Positions 1 through 8,618 of a DNA stretch of 64,000 nucleotides are shown here, piece after piece. The stretch is from an uncultured Alistipes sp. (GTDB lineage: Bacteria; Bacteroidota; Bacteroidia; Bacteroidales; Rikenellaceae): NCBI GenBank assembly GCA_964018965.1, contig CAXHRY010000011.1, positions 13,743 to 77,742 of the forward strand. The letters are read 5' to 3'. How positions within the stretch are numbered: the stretch's first letter is position 1; every line of letters begins with the position of its first letter. The notes beneath the pieces are model-generated. The model made no database searches and was not told the DNA's origin. It worked only from the letters and a program-made list of their open reading frames with translations. A program made the translations under genes and the position numbers.

Positions 1-993
1 TGGCGAGCCGCTTTAGTGCAACACGGCGGTACGTCAATCCGAAAATAGCTGTCAGGTTTTGATCGCAGGCGTACAGTCCAGCAGGTTAGCTGATGGACAA
101 TTGAGGACTCCGAGATCAGAGCCTCGAAATGGATGGAAGGGGGGAGATTGAATTGTAAATTGATTACAGAAATAAGGATCGAGCATCGTCCACTCCGGCT
201 TTCAAAACTATTACAGTCGTTTCAATGAGAAGGATAGACCGGCAGGGAGGTACCACTTCCCCTTGCGCACATCCGTCGCACCACTTTCAGTCCGATAGAC
301 GGTGTGGTATACGGTCCGTTAAGAAGCTCGCTCGACTGCTGCGGTCCAGCGTTCTGTTGGTTGGGTTTATTCGAGAAGCCACGCCGATCGCAGGAACCCC
401 ATAAGCTTCCTCGCGAAATTTCTGATGGAAGGTGCGGTCTGCGTGCCCGACTGGTTGAGCTACCAGATCATGAATCGGCCCAGTTCTGGGATTTGGCGAC
501 AAGTCCCAGTCCTCCGACACTTGCCGGATGACGGTCTCCACATTTCTCGCGGACATTACCCCCGTCCTACCGAGCCCCCCGGTTTCTAGCGAGGATTGCT
601 GTGCGGCACTCTCGTCCGGTCCCGTCGAACAGAAAGTCGCTCGGAACGGTCGTCAGCGACGATGCGCCCCTGTGCGTTCGATGATTTCTCGATTGTCGAT
701 CGCGCTGGCTGTTGCAAGCGTGCTCTGCGAGCCGAGTCGTCCGGCCTGGGCAGTACCCGGCCGAGAGAGTAAACGATTGAGTACCCGGTTCGAGCAGCGA
801 CACGTCGGGTTCCATGTTTCCGCCCCTGCTGAGTAGAACAATTGAGGGATTGAACGGTGTCTGGAGTCGGAGCGATCGCCCGGCCCCACCACGGCATTGC
901 CTCCGCCCCACTCACCAGAGCCGCTACCTGTATTCAAGAGAGCCGAGCGCACCACCGGTGCGCCACTGCCCGGTATTATGATGCTAAAAGTTA

Positions 994-1179
994 TTAGGTT
1001 ATTGATAATCTGTTTAGGTTCCCAGCGAGAAAGAGGTCACCCAGACCGCGGTAGCTCTCCTCGCCCGTATCGGGACGGGGCGTCATATGCTGTTCGACGC
1101 CCGGTGCGGGCTGCCGCTGTTTCGGAAATTCCCCGGTGAAATAGGCGTCCACCGGATTCTGCAAGTCTTGTTTTTTCAT
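994..1179 (-). pseudogene. Truncated N-terminus of a second SDR oxidoreductase (paralog of 1215..2105)
   Basis: MKKQDLQNPVDAYFTGEFPKQRQPAPGVEQHMTPRPDTGEESYRGLG aligns with MQHPADKYHNGEFPMQKQDAPGLQSRMDPVPDCGESSYTGH of the adjacent gene; similarity stops at ~1039, before the TGGDSGIG motif. Confidence 0.75.
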
Positions 1180-1214
1180 GATTTCACTTATATTGTTGTT
1201 ACCTGATTATCGGG

Positions 1215-2105
1215 CTATTTCCCGCTCAGCCCGCCCGTGATGCCGTATATCTCGCCCGTGATATAGCTTGCCTCGGACGATGCGAGGAACACGTAGATGC
1301 CGGCCATCTCGGCGGGTTGTGCGGCGCGTTCGAGCGGCGTATCCGCACCGTGCCGGGGAATGTCCTCGTCGGGATTGCCGCCCGAAACTTCGAGCGGCGT
1401 CCATGTCGGCCCCGGACACACGCTGTTCACGCGGACGCCCTTGTCGAGCAGATACTTAGACAACGCCACGCCGAAAGCCGTCACGGCCGACTTCGACGCC
1501 GCGTAATCCAGCAGCAGCTTGTTGGGCGTGTAATATTCGGCCGAGGCGGTGATGATGACCGACGCGCCCGGAGGCAGGAGCGGCACGGCGGCCTGCGCCA
1601 TGAAGAGCGGTGCATAGACGTTCACTTCGAACGTGCGGCGCACCCGTTCCGGGGTGATCTCGGCGATGTCGGCCGCCGCCTGCTGCACGCCCGCATTGAG
1701 CACGAGAATGTCCAGTCCGCCCAGCCGTTTATATGCTTCCTTGACGATTCGTCGGCACGTTTCGACATCCCGCAGATCGCCCGGAAGCATCGTCAGTTCC
1801 AAGCCTTCCGCTTTCAGAAGGCCTGCGAGCGAATCGGCGTCCGGCTGCTCTTCGTCGAGGTAGTTGATCGCCACCTCGGCGCCTTCGCGTGCGAAAGCGA
1901 CGGCGACGGCCCGGCCGATGCCCGAATCGCCGCCCGTGATGAGCGCTCTGCGGCCTTTCAGCCGCTCATGCCCCGTGTAACTCGACTCACCGCAGTCGGG
2001 GACGGGGTCCATCCGGGATTGAAGGCCCGGTGCATCCTGCTTCTGCATCGGGAACTCCCCGTTATGATATTTATCGGCAGGGTGTTGCATATTCCGTTTT
2101 TCCAT
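1215..2105 (-). CDS. Short-chain dehydrogenase/reductase (YghA/YhdF general-stress type)
   Basis: TGGDSGIG Rossmann motif, NAG, YAASK catalytic motif, typical N-terminal extension. Confidence 0.92.
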   Translation of the reverse strand: MEKRNMQHPADKYHNGEFPMQKQDAPGLQSRMDPVPDCGESSYTGHERLKGRRALITGGDSGIGRAVAVAFAREGAEVAINYLDEEQPDADSLAGLLKAEGLELTMLPGDLRDVETCRRIVKEAYKRLGGLDILVLNAGVQQAAADIAEITPERVRRTFEVNVYAPLFMAQAAVPLLPPGASVIITASAEYYTPNKLLLDYAASKSAVTAFGVALSKYLLDKGVRVNSVCPGPTWTPLEVSGGNPDEDIPRHGADTPLERAAQPAEMAGIYVFLASSEASYITGEIYGITGGLSGK

Positions 2106-2113
2106 ATCGCAAT

Positions 2114-2833
2114 CTATTTTTTATTTGTAGTATCATCTTCTAAGAGTCCCTTCATCTCGATGTCCGTCAGGTGCAGGATCAGGCAGTAACGTTCGCCGTC
2201 GATGCGTCCTTCGAGCAGTCCGCGGTAGGGCTGGCCGCCGCGGCTCAGCAGAATCGGATCGGTGCCGCGCTTCCCGGCCCCGAGCATCACCATCGAATCG
2301 GCTTCGGCGAGCTCCTTCGCCATATGGTAAAGGAAATCGAACGTCGCGCCGTTTACGTGCCGCAGCTGGTAGCTGCGCGTAAACACGAACCGCCGCAGGG
2401 CCTCGTCGCGGTCGAACAGCCGCCCCGTCCAGCGCAGCGGAATCCGTTCGTTCACGTTGCCGGGCACTTTTGTCAGCGCGCGACGCTCGCGCTCCGTACC
2501 GTCGGGGTTCCTCACGACCCGAAACAGGTTGACGTGGTAGACGATCTCGTAGTTTCGGTCCACGAAAATCCGGCGCGTGCGGCGCAGTTTACGGCCCGTC
2601 ACCTCCATATCCACGTCCGGATCGCCTTCTTCGATCTCCCGCGCGAGCTCCTGCAGGTCGCCGTATTCCGCCAGACGGCGGTTCATCGCGGCGGTGGCCT
2701 TGACCAGCCGCACGCCGACGGGCTCTTCGCCCGAGGGCAGCACGCGGCGCAGGGCGGACGCAACAGGCTGCGCGTCGAAGGCTACCTGCGCATCCCGCCT
2801 GCGGTCGTCGGATATGTGTATCGCGCGTATCAT
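2114..2833 (-). CDS. Hypothetical protein, possibly divergent Ku-like beta-barrel
   Basis: Clean 239-aa ORF 1 nt downstream of 2835..3437; C-terminal FTRSYQL...FLYHMAKEL...YRGLLEG...LILHL pattern resembles the Ku core (inference). Confidence 0.7.
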   Translation of the reverse strand: MIRAIHISDDRRRDAQVAFDAQPVASALRRVLPSGEEPVGVRLVKATAAMNRRLAEYGDLQELAREIEEGDPDVDMEVTGRKLRRTRRIFVDRNYEIVYHVNLFRVVRNPDGTERERRALTKVPGNVNERIPLRWTGRLFDRDEALRRFVFTRSYQLRHVNGATFDFLYHMAKELAEADSMVMLGAGKRGTDPILLSRGGQPYRGLLEGRIDGERYCLILHLTDIEMKGLLEDDTTNKK

Positions 2834-2834
2834 C

Positions 2835-3437
2835 TCAAAACATGGCGAAATCCATCTCCTCGTTTTCGGCCTCCTCCCCGTCGGGGTCTTCGTCGATGAA
2901 TCCGGGCTCGTCGTAACCGATCATTTCGAACCGGAGCCGTTGTCCGATCAGCAGGAACAGCCCGCCGTCCGACGCAAGAACGAAGGCCGGAAAACCCTCG
3001 CAGCCCGCGGTATAGCAGTAGGAGAAGGCGTAGATGTCCTGACCGACGGCCTGCACCAGCTCCTCCGGAGCGTCGGACAGCGCATAGAAGTCCGTGACGG
3101 CGTGGTTCAGATAATTTTCGACCGACACCTTTTTCCGGAGCGTTATCTCCGTGTCGAAACTCGACGGCAGCGTTTCAGCCGGCTTCCCCGCGGCATCGAC
3201 GGTTTTCAATTCGCTGCGCTCGACCCACTCCCCGGCGGGTGTGAGCAGACCGACGGCCGTGCCGCCGCGGAGGATGATGAGCTGTCCCGTTTCGTCGGCG
3301 CTGACCACCTCGCACGGCGATCCCGCATCATCCGTGGCGTCGATCTCGGTCCAGCCGTAGAGCTTGCGGCGGTCGATTTTCACGGGCGTAACCTCGTATT
3401 TCCTGCGTCGGAGTATGAATGTCAGTTTTCGCGGCAT
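2835..3437 (-). CDS. Hypothetical protein, possibly divergent Ku-like, with acidic SSB-like C-terminal tip
   Basis: 200-aa ORF; PVK..KLYG, GEWVERSEL, LPSSFDTEI..FYAL, FVLASDGGLFL segments; ends EEAENEEMDFAMF. Confidence 0.7.
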   Translation of the reverse strand: MPRKLTFILRRRKYEVTPVKIDRRKLYGWTEIDATDDAGSPCEVVSADETGQLIILRGGTAVGLLTPAGEWVERSELKTVDAAGKPAETLPSSFDTEITLRKKVSVENYLNHAVTDFYALSDAPEELVQAVGQDIYAFSYCYTAGCEGFPAFVLASDGGLFLLIGQRLRFEMIGYDEPGFIDEDPDGEEAENEEMDFAMF

Positions 3438-3662
3438 AATTCATCCGTCCGGAGGGTACCGGACAGACGGGAATATGCAAAATAAAGTCCAAAACGGCCC
3501 AACATCCTTTTTTTTAGCTAAACGGACTGTCCGAGAAATAGTTTCCGAAAACGGTGGATGCAACCTGCTTAAAATAAAAAATTGGAATGGTTCCACATAT
3601 GCTTGCAGGGACTTCACGTTTCATCCATCTTTGCCACGCAAACTATAAAACAGCCCATACGA

Positions 3663-3935
3663 ATGATGGTGAAACATTGTAATTTCAAAGTCGGGGAGGT
3701 ATATCTTTTCCATACCGACGATCCCCGATGTCCGGATACGGAATCCTTATGGGGTCTTTACGACAGACACGACAGGGGTTCAATCTGTCTGGAATCGTGT
3801 TCGACGGACCAGAAGCACTTCTCGAAAGGCCGGCGTCTACCTGAGCAATACCGGTTCTGCCGCCTCTCGACCCGCAGCGAATTACGTGATTACATGGTCA
3901 ACAGCATTTGCTCAGAAATAAAGGGCCTTTCCTGA
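3663..3935 (+). CDS. Hypothetical protein
   Basis: ORF from ATG (MMVKHCNF...), 1 nt upstream of 3937; start uncertain. Confidence 0.55.
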   Translation: MMVKHCNFKVGEVYLFHTDDPRCPDTESLWGLYDRHDRGSICLESCSTDQKHFSKGRRLPEQYRFCRLSTRSELRDYMVNSICSEIKGLS

Positions 3936-3936
3936 A

Positions 3937-4326
3937 ATGAGCCGGGATAATTATAATCCGTACCGGATAGTCGGCGCCAAAAAGATCGACGTATGGTTTT
4001 ATGAAGAGGGCGATATGCGCAGAACGCACCGCATCGCCTACGAACTGGTCATTCTGCCGCTGTACGGAGTCTGCGAGAACAGTTTTCTGGATTACAGGCA
4101 CCAATCCGACGAACTGCTCGAACTCTTTATCCAGCCGCCCTATATCGAAGTTCCGCTGTGGCTGATGGTGATGACGGTCAAGAAAATGCCGCCTCACGAA
4201 GCCAACCGTTTCTTCGAACTGCTCCGGACGAAGATGGACCGCATATTCAGGAAAACGTTCCACCCCCTGACGGCCGAGCAGCTCCTCAAACTGCTCGTCG
4301 AAGCGCTGGCGGAATCCGTATATTGA
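3937..4326 (+). CDS. Hypothetical protein
   Basis: 129-aa ORF followed by a hairpin terminator. Confidence 0.65.
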   Translation: MSRDNYNPYRIVGAKKIDVWFYEEGDMRRTHRIAYELVILPLYGVCENSFLDYRHQSDELLELFIQPPYIEVPLWLMVMTVKKMPPHEANRFFELLRTKMDRIFRKTFHPLTAEQLLKLLVEALAESVY

Positions 4327-4349
4327 CAGAGTGACGCGACTCATTGCCG

Positions 4350-4382
4350 GAGGGGAGGCTGTTATCGGCCTCCTCTCCTTTT
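4350..4382. terminator. Probable terminator between convergent genes
   Basis: gaggggaggc...gcctcctctc followed by a T-run. Confidence 0.55.
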
Positions 4383-4406
4383 GCATAGTCTTGCACTGCT
4401 TTGCCC

Positions 4407-5228
4407 TCATAGACTGAGCGTCTCCATTTCCGCGACCGGCTCTATAATGCCTTCGTCGTAAGGGTCCCCGTAGTTGAACTTCGGCCGCACGGGCCATGCT
4501 GTCATCTCCCTTTCGGGATATACGGTCAGCAGGGCCGCGACGGCCTCCTCGGATGCGATGGCCGGGTCGAGCCAGCGTTTCTCCTGCTCCTGGGTCAGGA
4601 TTTTCGGCATCCGGAACGGATTGCCGCCGCCGTTGTGAATCTTCCGCATCATGGCGTTCGCTTCGGTCGTAATCAGCACGAACGACAGCATTTTTTCTCC
4701 GGTCTGCGGATGCGTCCACTCATCCCAGAGCCCGGCGATGGAGAAAATCTCCCGCTCCTTCAAGGTCGTGAAGTAATACTGCGCCTTTCCGTCCGGCAGC
4801 CGGTGCGGCTCGAAGAATCCGGTTACGGGGATAATGCACCGGTTATGCGGCCACAGCATCCGCCACGGCCATTTCTCGAAAAGCGTTTCGGCACGTGCGT
4901 TTTTGAACAGATTCTCCCGGTCGTAACGTTGAACATCTTCGGGCTTCGCCGTACGCGGAACGAGCCCCCACTGCATGACCTGAAGCTCCTCCGAGCCCGA
5001 AACGATGACGCAGTGCGGCTCGGCATAGGCGGGAATGACGTAGATTTCCTCGGCCAGCCGAATGTCGTACACGCTGATCTTGTATTTCGGATCGGCTTCC
5101 TGCTTCGCCCGCTGCTCCTGTTCCTGCTCGGCGAGAATCTGACGCGCGGCTTCGACGATATCCAGTTGTTTGCCGTACCTTTTGGCGACAGCTGCGGCAT
5201 TTGCCGATAAAGAGGTGAAAAAGCACAT
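4407..5228 (-). CDS. SOS response-associated peptidase (SRAP/YedK/HMCES family abasic-site protector)
   Basis: Start at MCFF places the catalytic Cys at position 2; MQWGLVP, NARAET, GFFE, AGLWDEW, IH...RMP motifs. Confidence 0.92.
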   Translation of the reverse strand: MCFFTSLSANAAAVAKRYGKQLDIVEAARQILAEQEQEQRAKQEADPKYKISVYDIRLAEEIYVIPAYAEPHCVIVSGSEELQVMQWGLVPRTAKPEDVQRYDRENLFKNARAETLFEKWPWRMLWPHNRCIIPVTGFFEPHRLPDGKAQYYFTTLKEREIFSIAGLWDEWTHPQTGEKMLSFVLITTEANAMMRKIHNGGGNPFRMPKILTQEQEKRWLDPAIASEEAVAALLTVYPEREMTAWPVRPKFNYGDPYDEGIIEPVAEMETLSL

Positions 5229-6081
5229 GTTCTTGTTTTTCAATACTGGAGACAAACTCCATGCCTTCATTCCGCCTCGAAGGGGACGGGCTACGTACTA
5301 CGAGCCTCCGGTTTTCCGTTTTCCGTATGTGAGAAAAACGTCTCTTTTCAGCAAAGTCCTCTGGTTCGAAAACCGGAACCGGTTCGACATCGACTACTTC
5401 GGGATACTGCAACCCCGCAGGCAGGTGTCGCACAAGCCGCGGTACCGAAGCGGTATTTTCCACTCCGAAAAATGCGGACGGGAGATTCAGTACGAATCGG
5501 GATTGGAACTGGATTTCATAAAGTATCTGGAAGGCAGCGAAGAGGTGCTTTTCTATTGGGAGCAGCCCGTCGATATTCCTTACTGGCGGGGCAAGCTGAA
5601 GGCCCGAACCTATCCGGATTTCGCCGTTTATCTCCGATCGCGGCATTTCGTAATCGCCGAGGTCAAGCCCCTCGCCGACATGCTCGACCACCGGGTGCAG
5701 GCCAAGGCCGAGGGCATCATGGATTTTTGCTGCCGCCGCGGCTTCGGATTCCTCCTCACGGACGGGCGGCACACCCCGGAGCATCTGCTGAAAGGAAAGA
5801 TCAACCGCCGGCTGGAACGGGAATTGAAAACCGCCCTCGCCGCAGGTCCGATTCGGGAGGTGCAGTACAAAGCGATCAAGGAACGCTGCGACGCCACGCC
5901 CGGCCAGCTCTACCGGGCCATCATCCGCCTCGACCTGAAATATTCGTCTCACCGGTTCAAGCTGCAACGGGACAACCAAAGTCCGATCTTCCGGCAGGTA
6001 TATTTCCGTAAGAAACGATACGACGAATCGGAGGAAGAGCGGACAACGACCCTGCTCGGTTCCGGACAACATAAGCTATAA
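5227..6081 (+). CDS. TnsA-like endonuclease (PD-(D/E)xK), standalone
   Basis: G.FHSEK...YESGLELD...EQP..I.Y...TYPDF...EVKP...AK motif series of TnsA N-terminal nuclease domains; start uncertain. Confidence 0.8.
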   Translation: MFLFFNTGDKLHAFIPPRRGRATYYEPPVFRFPYVRKTSLFSKVLWFENRNRFDIDYFGILQPRRQVSHKPRYRSGIFHSEKCGREIQYESGLELDFIKYLEGSEEVLFYWEQPVDIPYWRGKLKARTYPDFAVYLRSRHFVIAEVKPLADMLDHRVQAKAEGIMDFCCRRGFGFLLTDGRHTPEHLLKGKINRRLERELKTALAAGPIREVQYKAIKERCDATPGQLYRAIIRLDLKYSSHRFKLQRDNQSPIFRQVYFRKKRYDESEEERTTTLLGSGQHKL

Positions 6082-7401
6082 GGCGATGTCGATCCGGTCG
6101 CTCCAGTTGGTCGTTGGACATTTCGAAAGCATCTCGCGACGCAGCCGGGTGTTATTCTGCCCGGTCAATTCCGCACCCAGCACCACGAGGCGGCTGTCGA
6201 GGTTCAGCGGTCCGTTGACCTCGTCCACCGCGGCCTGCAAACGCCGCAGCTGCCCGATATCGGGCCGATGATGAAACATGTTGAGCTGAAGCGCTTCGGC
6301 GGGAATAAGGTCCGACAACGTGACAGTAGCGCGTTTGAACAGGAACGGACGTTCGCCGGGGGCGTAGGCCGGCCAGATCGCCCGCAGCAGCGTCATGGCA
6401 TAAGGCACCATCTCGAACGTATTGTCCGTCGGCACAGGGAATTCGATTTGCAGCCCCCGGAAGGTCTGACGCTGGTACTCGTTGAAGGGATTGGTTTCGA
6501 TGCCGACGTAGATGCGCCGGGCATAGGAATGCTGGTCGCGGAGCTTGCGGGCCGAGGAGCTGAGGTAACGGACCACGGCGGCCTTCACCTCGTTGAAGTC
6601 GGAGGTCATTTTCCCGAATGCCCGCGACGTGCATATCTCCTGCTTGTCGGGCGGCGCCAGTTCCAGACTGATGCAGGGCGTCCCGTTCATCTCGCGCCAG
6701 AGGCGGTCGCCGACGACGGTCATGTTCCTGCGCACCCACTCGCGCGGCAGAACGGAGAAATCGTAGGCCGTGCGGACGCCCATCGCCGTCAGGCGCTTCT
6801 CATAACGCCGCCCGATGCCCCACACATCGCCTATCGGTAGTTTTTTCAATGCCTCCACGCGCTTTTCTTCCGTGTCGATAATATAGAGCCCCTGCCGGGC
6901 ATCGTCCGTCTTGGCGAGCTTGTTGGCGGCCTTGGCCAGTACTTTCGTCGGGGCAATGCCCAGACAGATCGGGATGCCGATTCCGCGCCGGGTGGTACGG
7001 ATGATCTCGCGCCCCAGCTTCTCGAAATCGAAGCCCTCCATTCCCGTGAAGTCGAGGAAGGCTTCGTCGATGCTGTACATTTCGAGGTTGGGGACGAAGG
7101 AGGCCCAAATGCTGTGCATGCGGTTGCTCATGTCACCGTAGAGCTCATAGTTCGAGGAGAACGTAACGATGCCGTGTTCCCGAATGGTGTCTGCTATCTG
7201 GAACAGCGCGTCGCCCATTTTGACGTATTTCTTTGCTAATCTGTTCATCGCTATCGCACAGCCGTCGTTGTTCGAGGCCACGATAATGGGCTTTCCGTGC
7301 AGCCACGGCTGCATGGACTCCTCGCAGGAGCAGTAAAATGAATTCCCGTCGGCAAGGCCGACCATCTGGCGGGGATTCAGGGGCAACAGTTTCCGGCTCA
7401 T
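6076..7401 (-). CDS. umuC: Y-family DNA polymerase V catalytic subunit
   Basis: DGNSFYCSCE, SNNDGC, SSNYELYGDMS, YSIDEAF, DVWGIGRR, C-terminal RREMLS...TT.W; ATGA overlap with the upstream umuD-like stop. Confidence 0.95.
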   Translation of the reverse strand: MSRKLLPLNPRQMVGLADGNSFYCSCEESMQPWLHGKPIIVASNNDGCAIAMNRLAKKYVKMGDALFQIADTIREHGIVTFSSNYELYGDMSNRMHSIWASFVPNLEMYSIDEAFLDFTGMEGFDFEKLGREIIRTTRRGIGIPICLGIAPTKVLAKAANKLAKTDDARQGLYIIDTEEKRVEALKKLPIGDVWGIGRRYEKRLTAMGVRTAYDFSVLPREWVRRNMTVVGDRLWREMNGTPCISLELAPPDKQEICTSRAFGKMTSDFNEVKAAVVRYLSSSARKLRDQHSYARRIYVGIETNPFNEYQRQTFRGLQIEFPVPTDNTFEMVPYAMTLLRAIWPAYAPGERPFLFKRATVTLSDLIPAEALQLNMFHHRPDIGQLRRLQAAVDEVNGPLNLDSRLVVLGAELTGQNNTRLRREMLSKCPTTNWSDRIDIAL

Positions 7402-8282
7402 CCCACACCTCCCTTCTTCGTTCTCAGCTGCCGGATGGAGTGAGTGACGATGCCCCATATCAACCGTTCGTTCTCGCCGGTAATCCGAATCGGAGCATAG
7501 TCCCTGTTGCCGGGCATCAGCCAGATCTCCCCGTCGTCGTGCACCTCGACGTATTTCATGGTGAAGCCTTCGGAGGTGACGCATACGGCAAGATCGCCCC
7601 ACCGGGGTTCGAGCATCCGGTCCACGATCACCGAGTCGCTGTCCTCGATGTCGTCGTCGATCAGAGAGATGCCCCGCACCTTCCCGAAGAAGGTGCTGAC
7701 CGGGTTGGGAATCAGCTCTTCGTTCAGGTCGACGAACCCCTCGACGGGAACGTCGCTCTCCGGAAAATACGAGGCTCGGATCGCCCGCCGCTCGAACAGC
7801 GCGGGTTGTTCCTTCTGCGGCAGGCGGTCGATAAGGCGTGTGCGCCGTCGCTTGAACCGCCGGATTTTGATGACGACCGTAACGACGCCCAGCACCCGCG
7901 CTTCGGTTTCGCTGTCAACAGGAAGCGTGTCGTCCGTACCGCCGCCGAGAAGCCATAGCTCGCGCCCCCGTTTGCGGATATATTTCAGCACCCGTTCGCC
8001 GCAGACCTCGCAAAACGCCAGGTCCCAGGTGCGCGGTGCGAGCCGCGTGTCGAAAAGGATGCCGTCGCCCTGCTCCAGCTCCTCCTCGACCAGATAGTAA
8101 TCCCGAACGCGGGCATAGTATGTCGCACCCGGACTCAGTATGAGGACTTCGTTCAGGTCGATGCGGTCGCCGATATAGTCCGCGGCCGGCGACGGGAATC
8201 CCGCCGGAATGCCCTCGCTGACGTAGGGCAGCGATTTGACAGTCGTCGTTATAAGACCGTATATATCGAAATGAATATTCAT
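7398..8282 (-). CDS. umuD: Tandem two-domain UmuD (S24 peptidase) protein
   Basis: Two UmuD-like repeats: AGFPSPAADY..RIDLN..ATYY and VDLNEELIPNP.STFFGKVRGIS..FTMK..LMPGN..YAPI..WGIVTH. Confidence 0.9.
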   Translation of the reverse strand: MNIHFDIYGLITTTVKSLPYVSEGIPAGFPSPAADYIGDRIDLNEVLILSPGATYYARVRDYYLVEEELEQGDGILFDTRLAPRTWDLAFCEVCGERVLKYIRKRGRELWLLGGGTDDTLPVDSETEARVLGVVTVVIKIRRFKRRRTRLIDRLPQKEQPALFERRAIRASYFPESDVPVEGFVDLNEELIPNPVSTFFGKVRGISLIDDDIEDSDSVIVDRMLEPRWGDLAVCVTSEGFTMKYVEVHDDGEIWLMPGNRDYAPIRITGENERLIWGIVTHSIRQLRTKKGGVG

Positions 8283-8618
8283 CGTGCATAATTAGGCGCA
8301 GGGGCATACGGGGTGTCGGCACGCAATGCCGTCGGGCATCGTGTCGTCGTTTCGACAAATAGTTAAGCGGGGCTCTGCCGGTTCCTGCCGGCTGTGTAGT
8401 GTGAAATTGCGTCGTTTCCTCGGTACTCCCTGCGGAGTTCGTTCGTAATCGAACGAAAATATCGTGCCTATGTTGTATCGGCAGCCAGTACCAGCATTCC
8501 TAAATGTTATTACCTTACGAATATACATTCCGCCCCAATAACCGCATGCCGCGTTGTACTGATATACGAAAAAAATTATTATATTGCATCCCGATCAATT
8601 CCAATGTCATAAGTACCT

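Noticed and set aside
938-975. gagccg...gcgcacc-acc-ggtgcgc hairpin as a group II intron domain V
   Set aside because: Lacks the GNRA loop, bulge and closing CGGTT pairing; no RT ORF or GUGCG boundary seen
5170-6081. Tn7-like transposon suggested by the TnsA domain
   Set aside because: No TnsB, TnsC, TniQ or terminal repeats nearby
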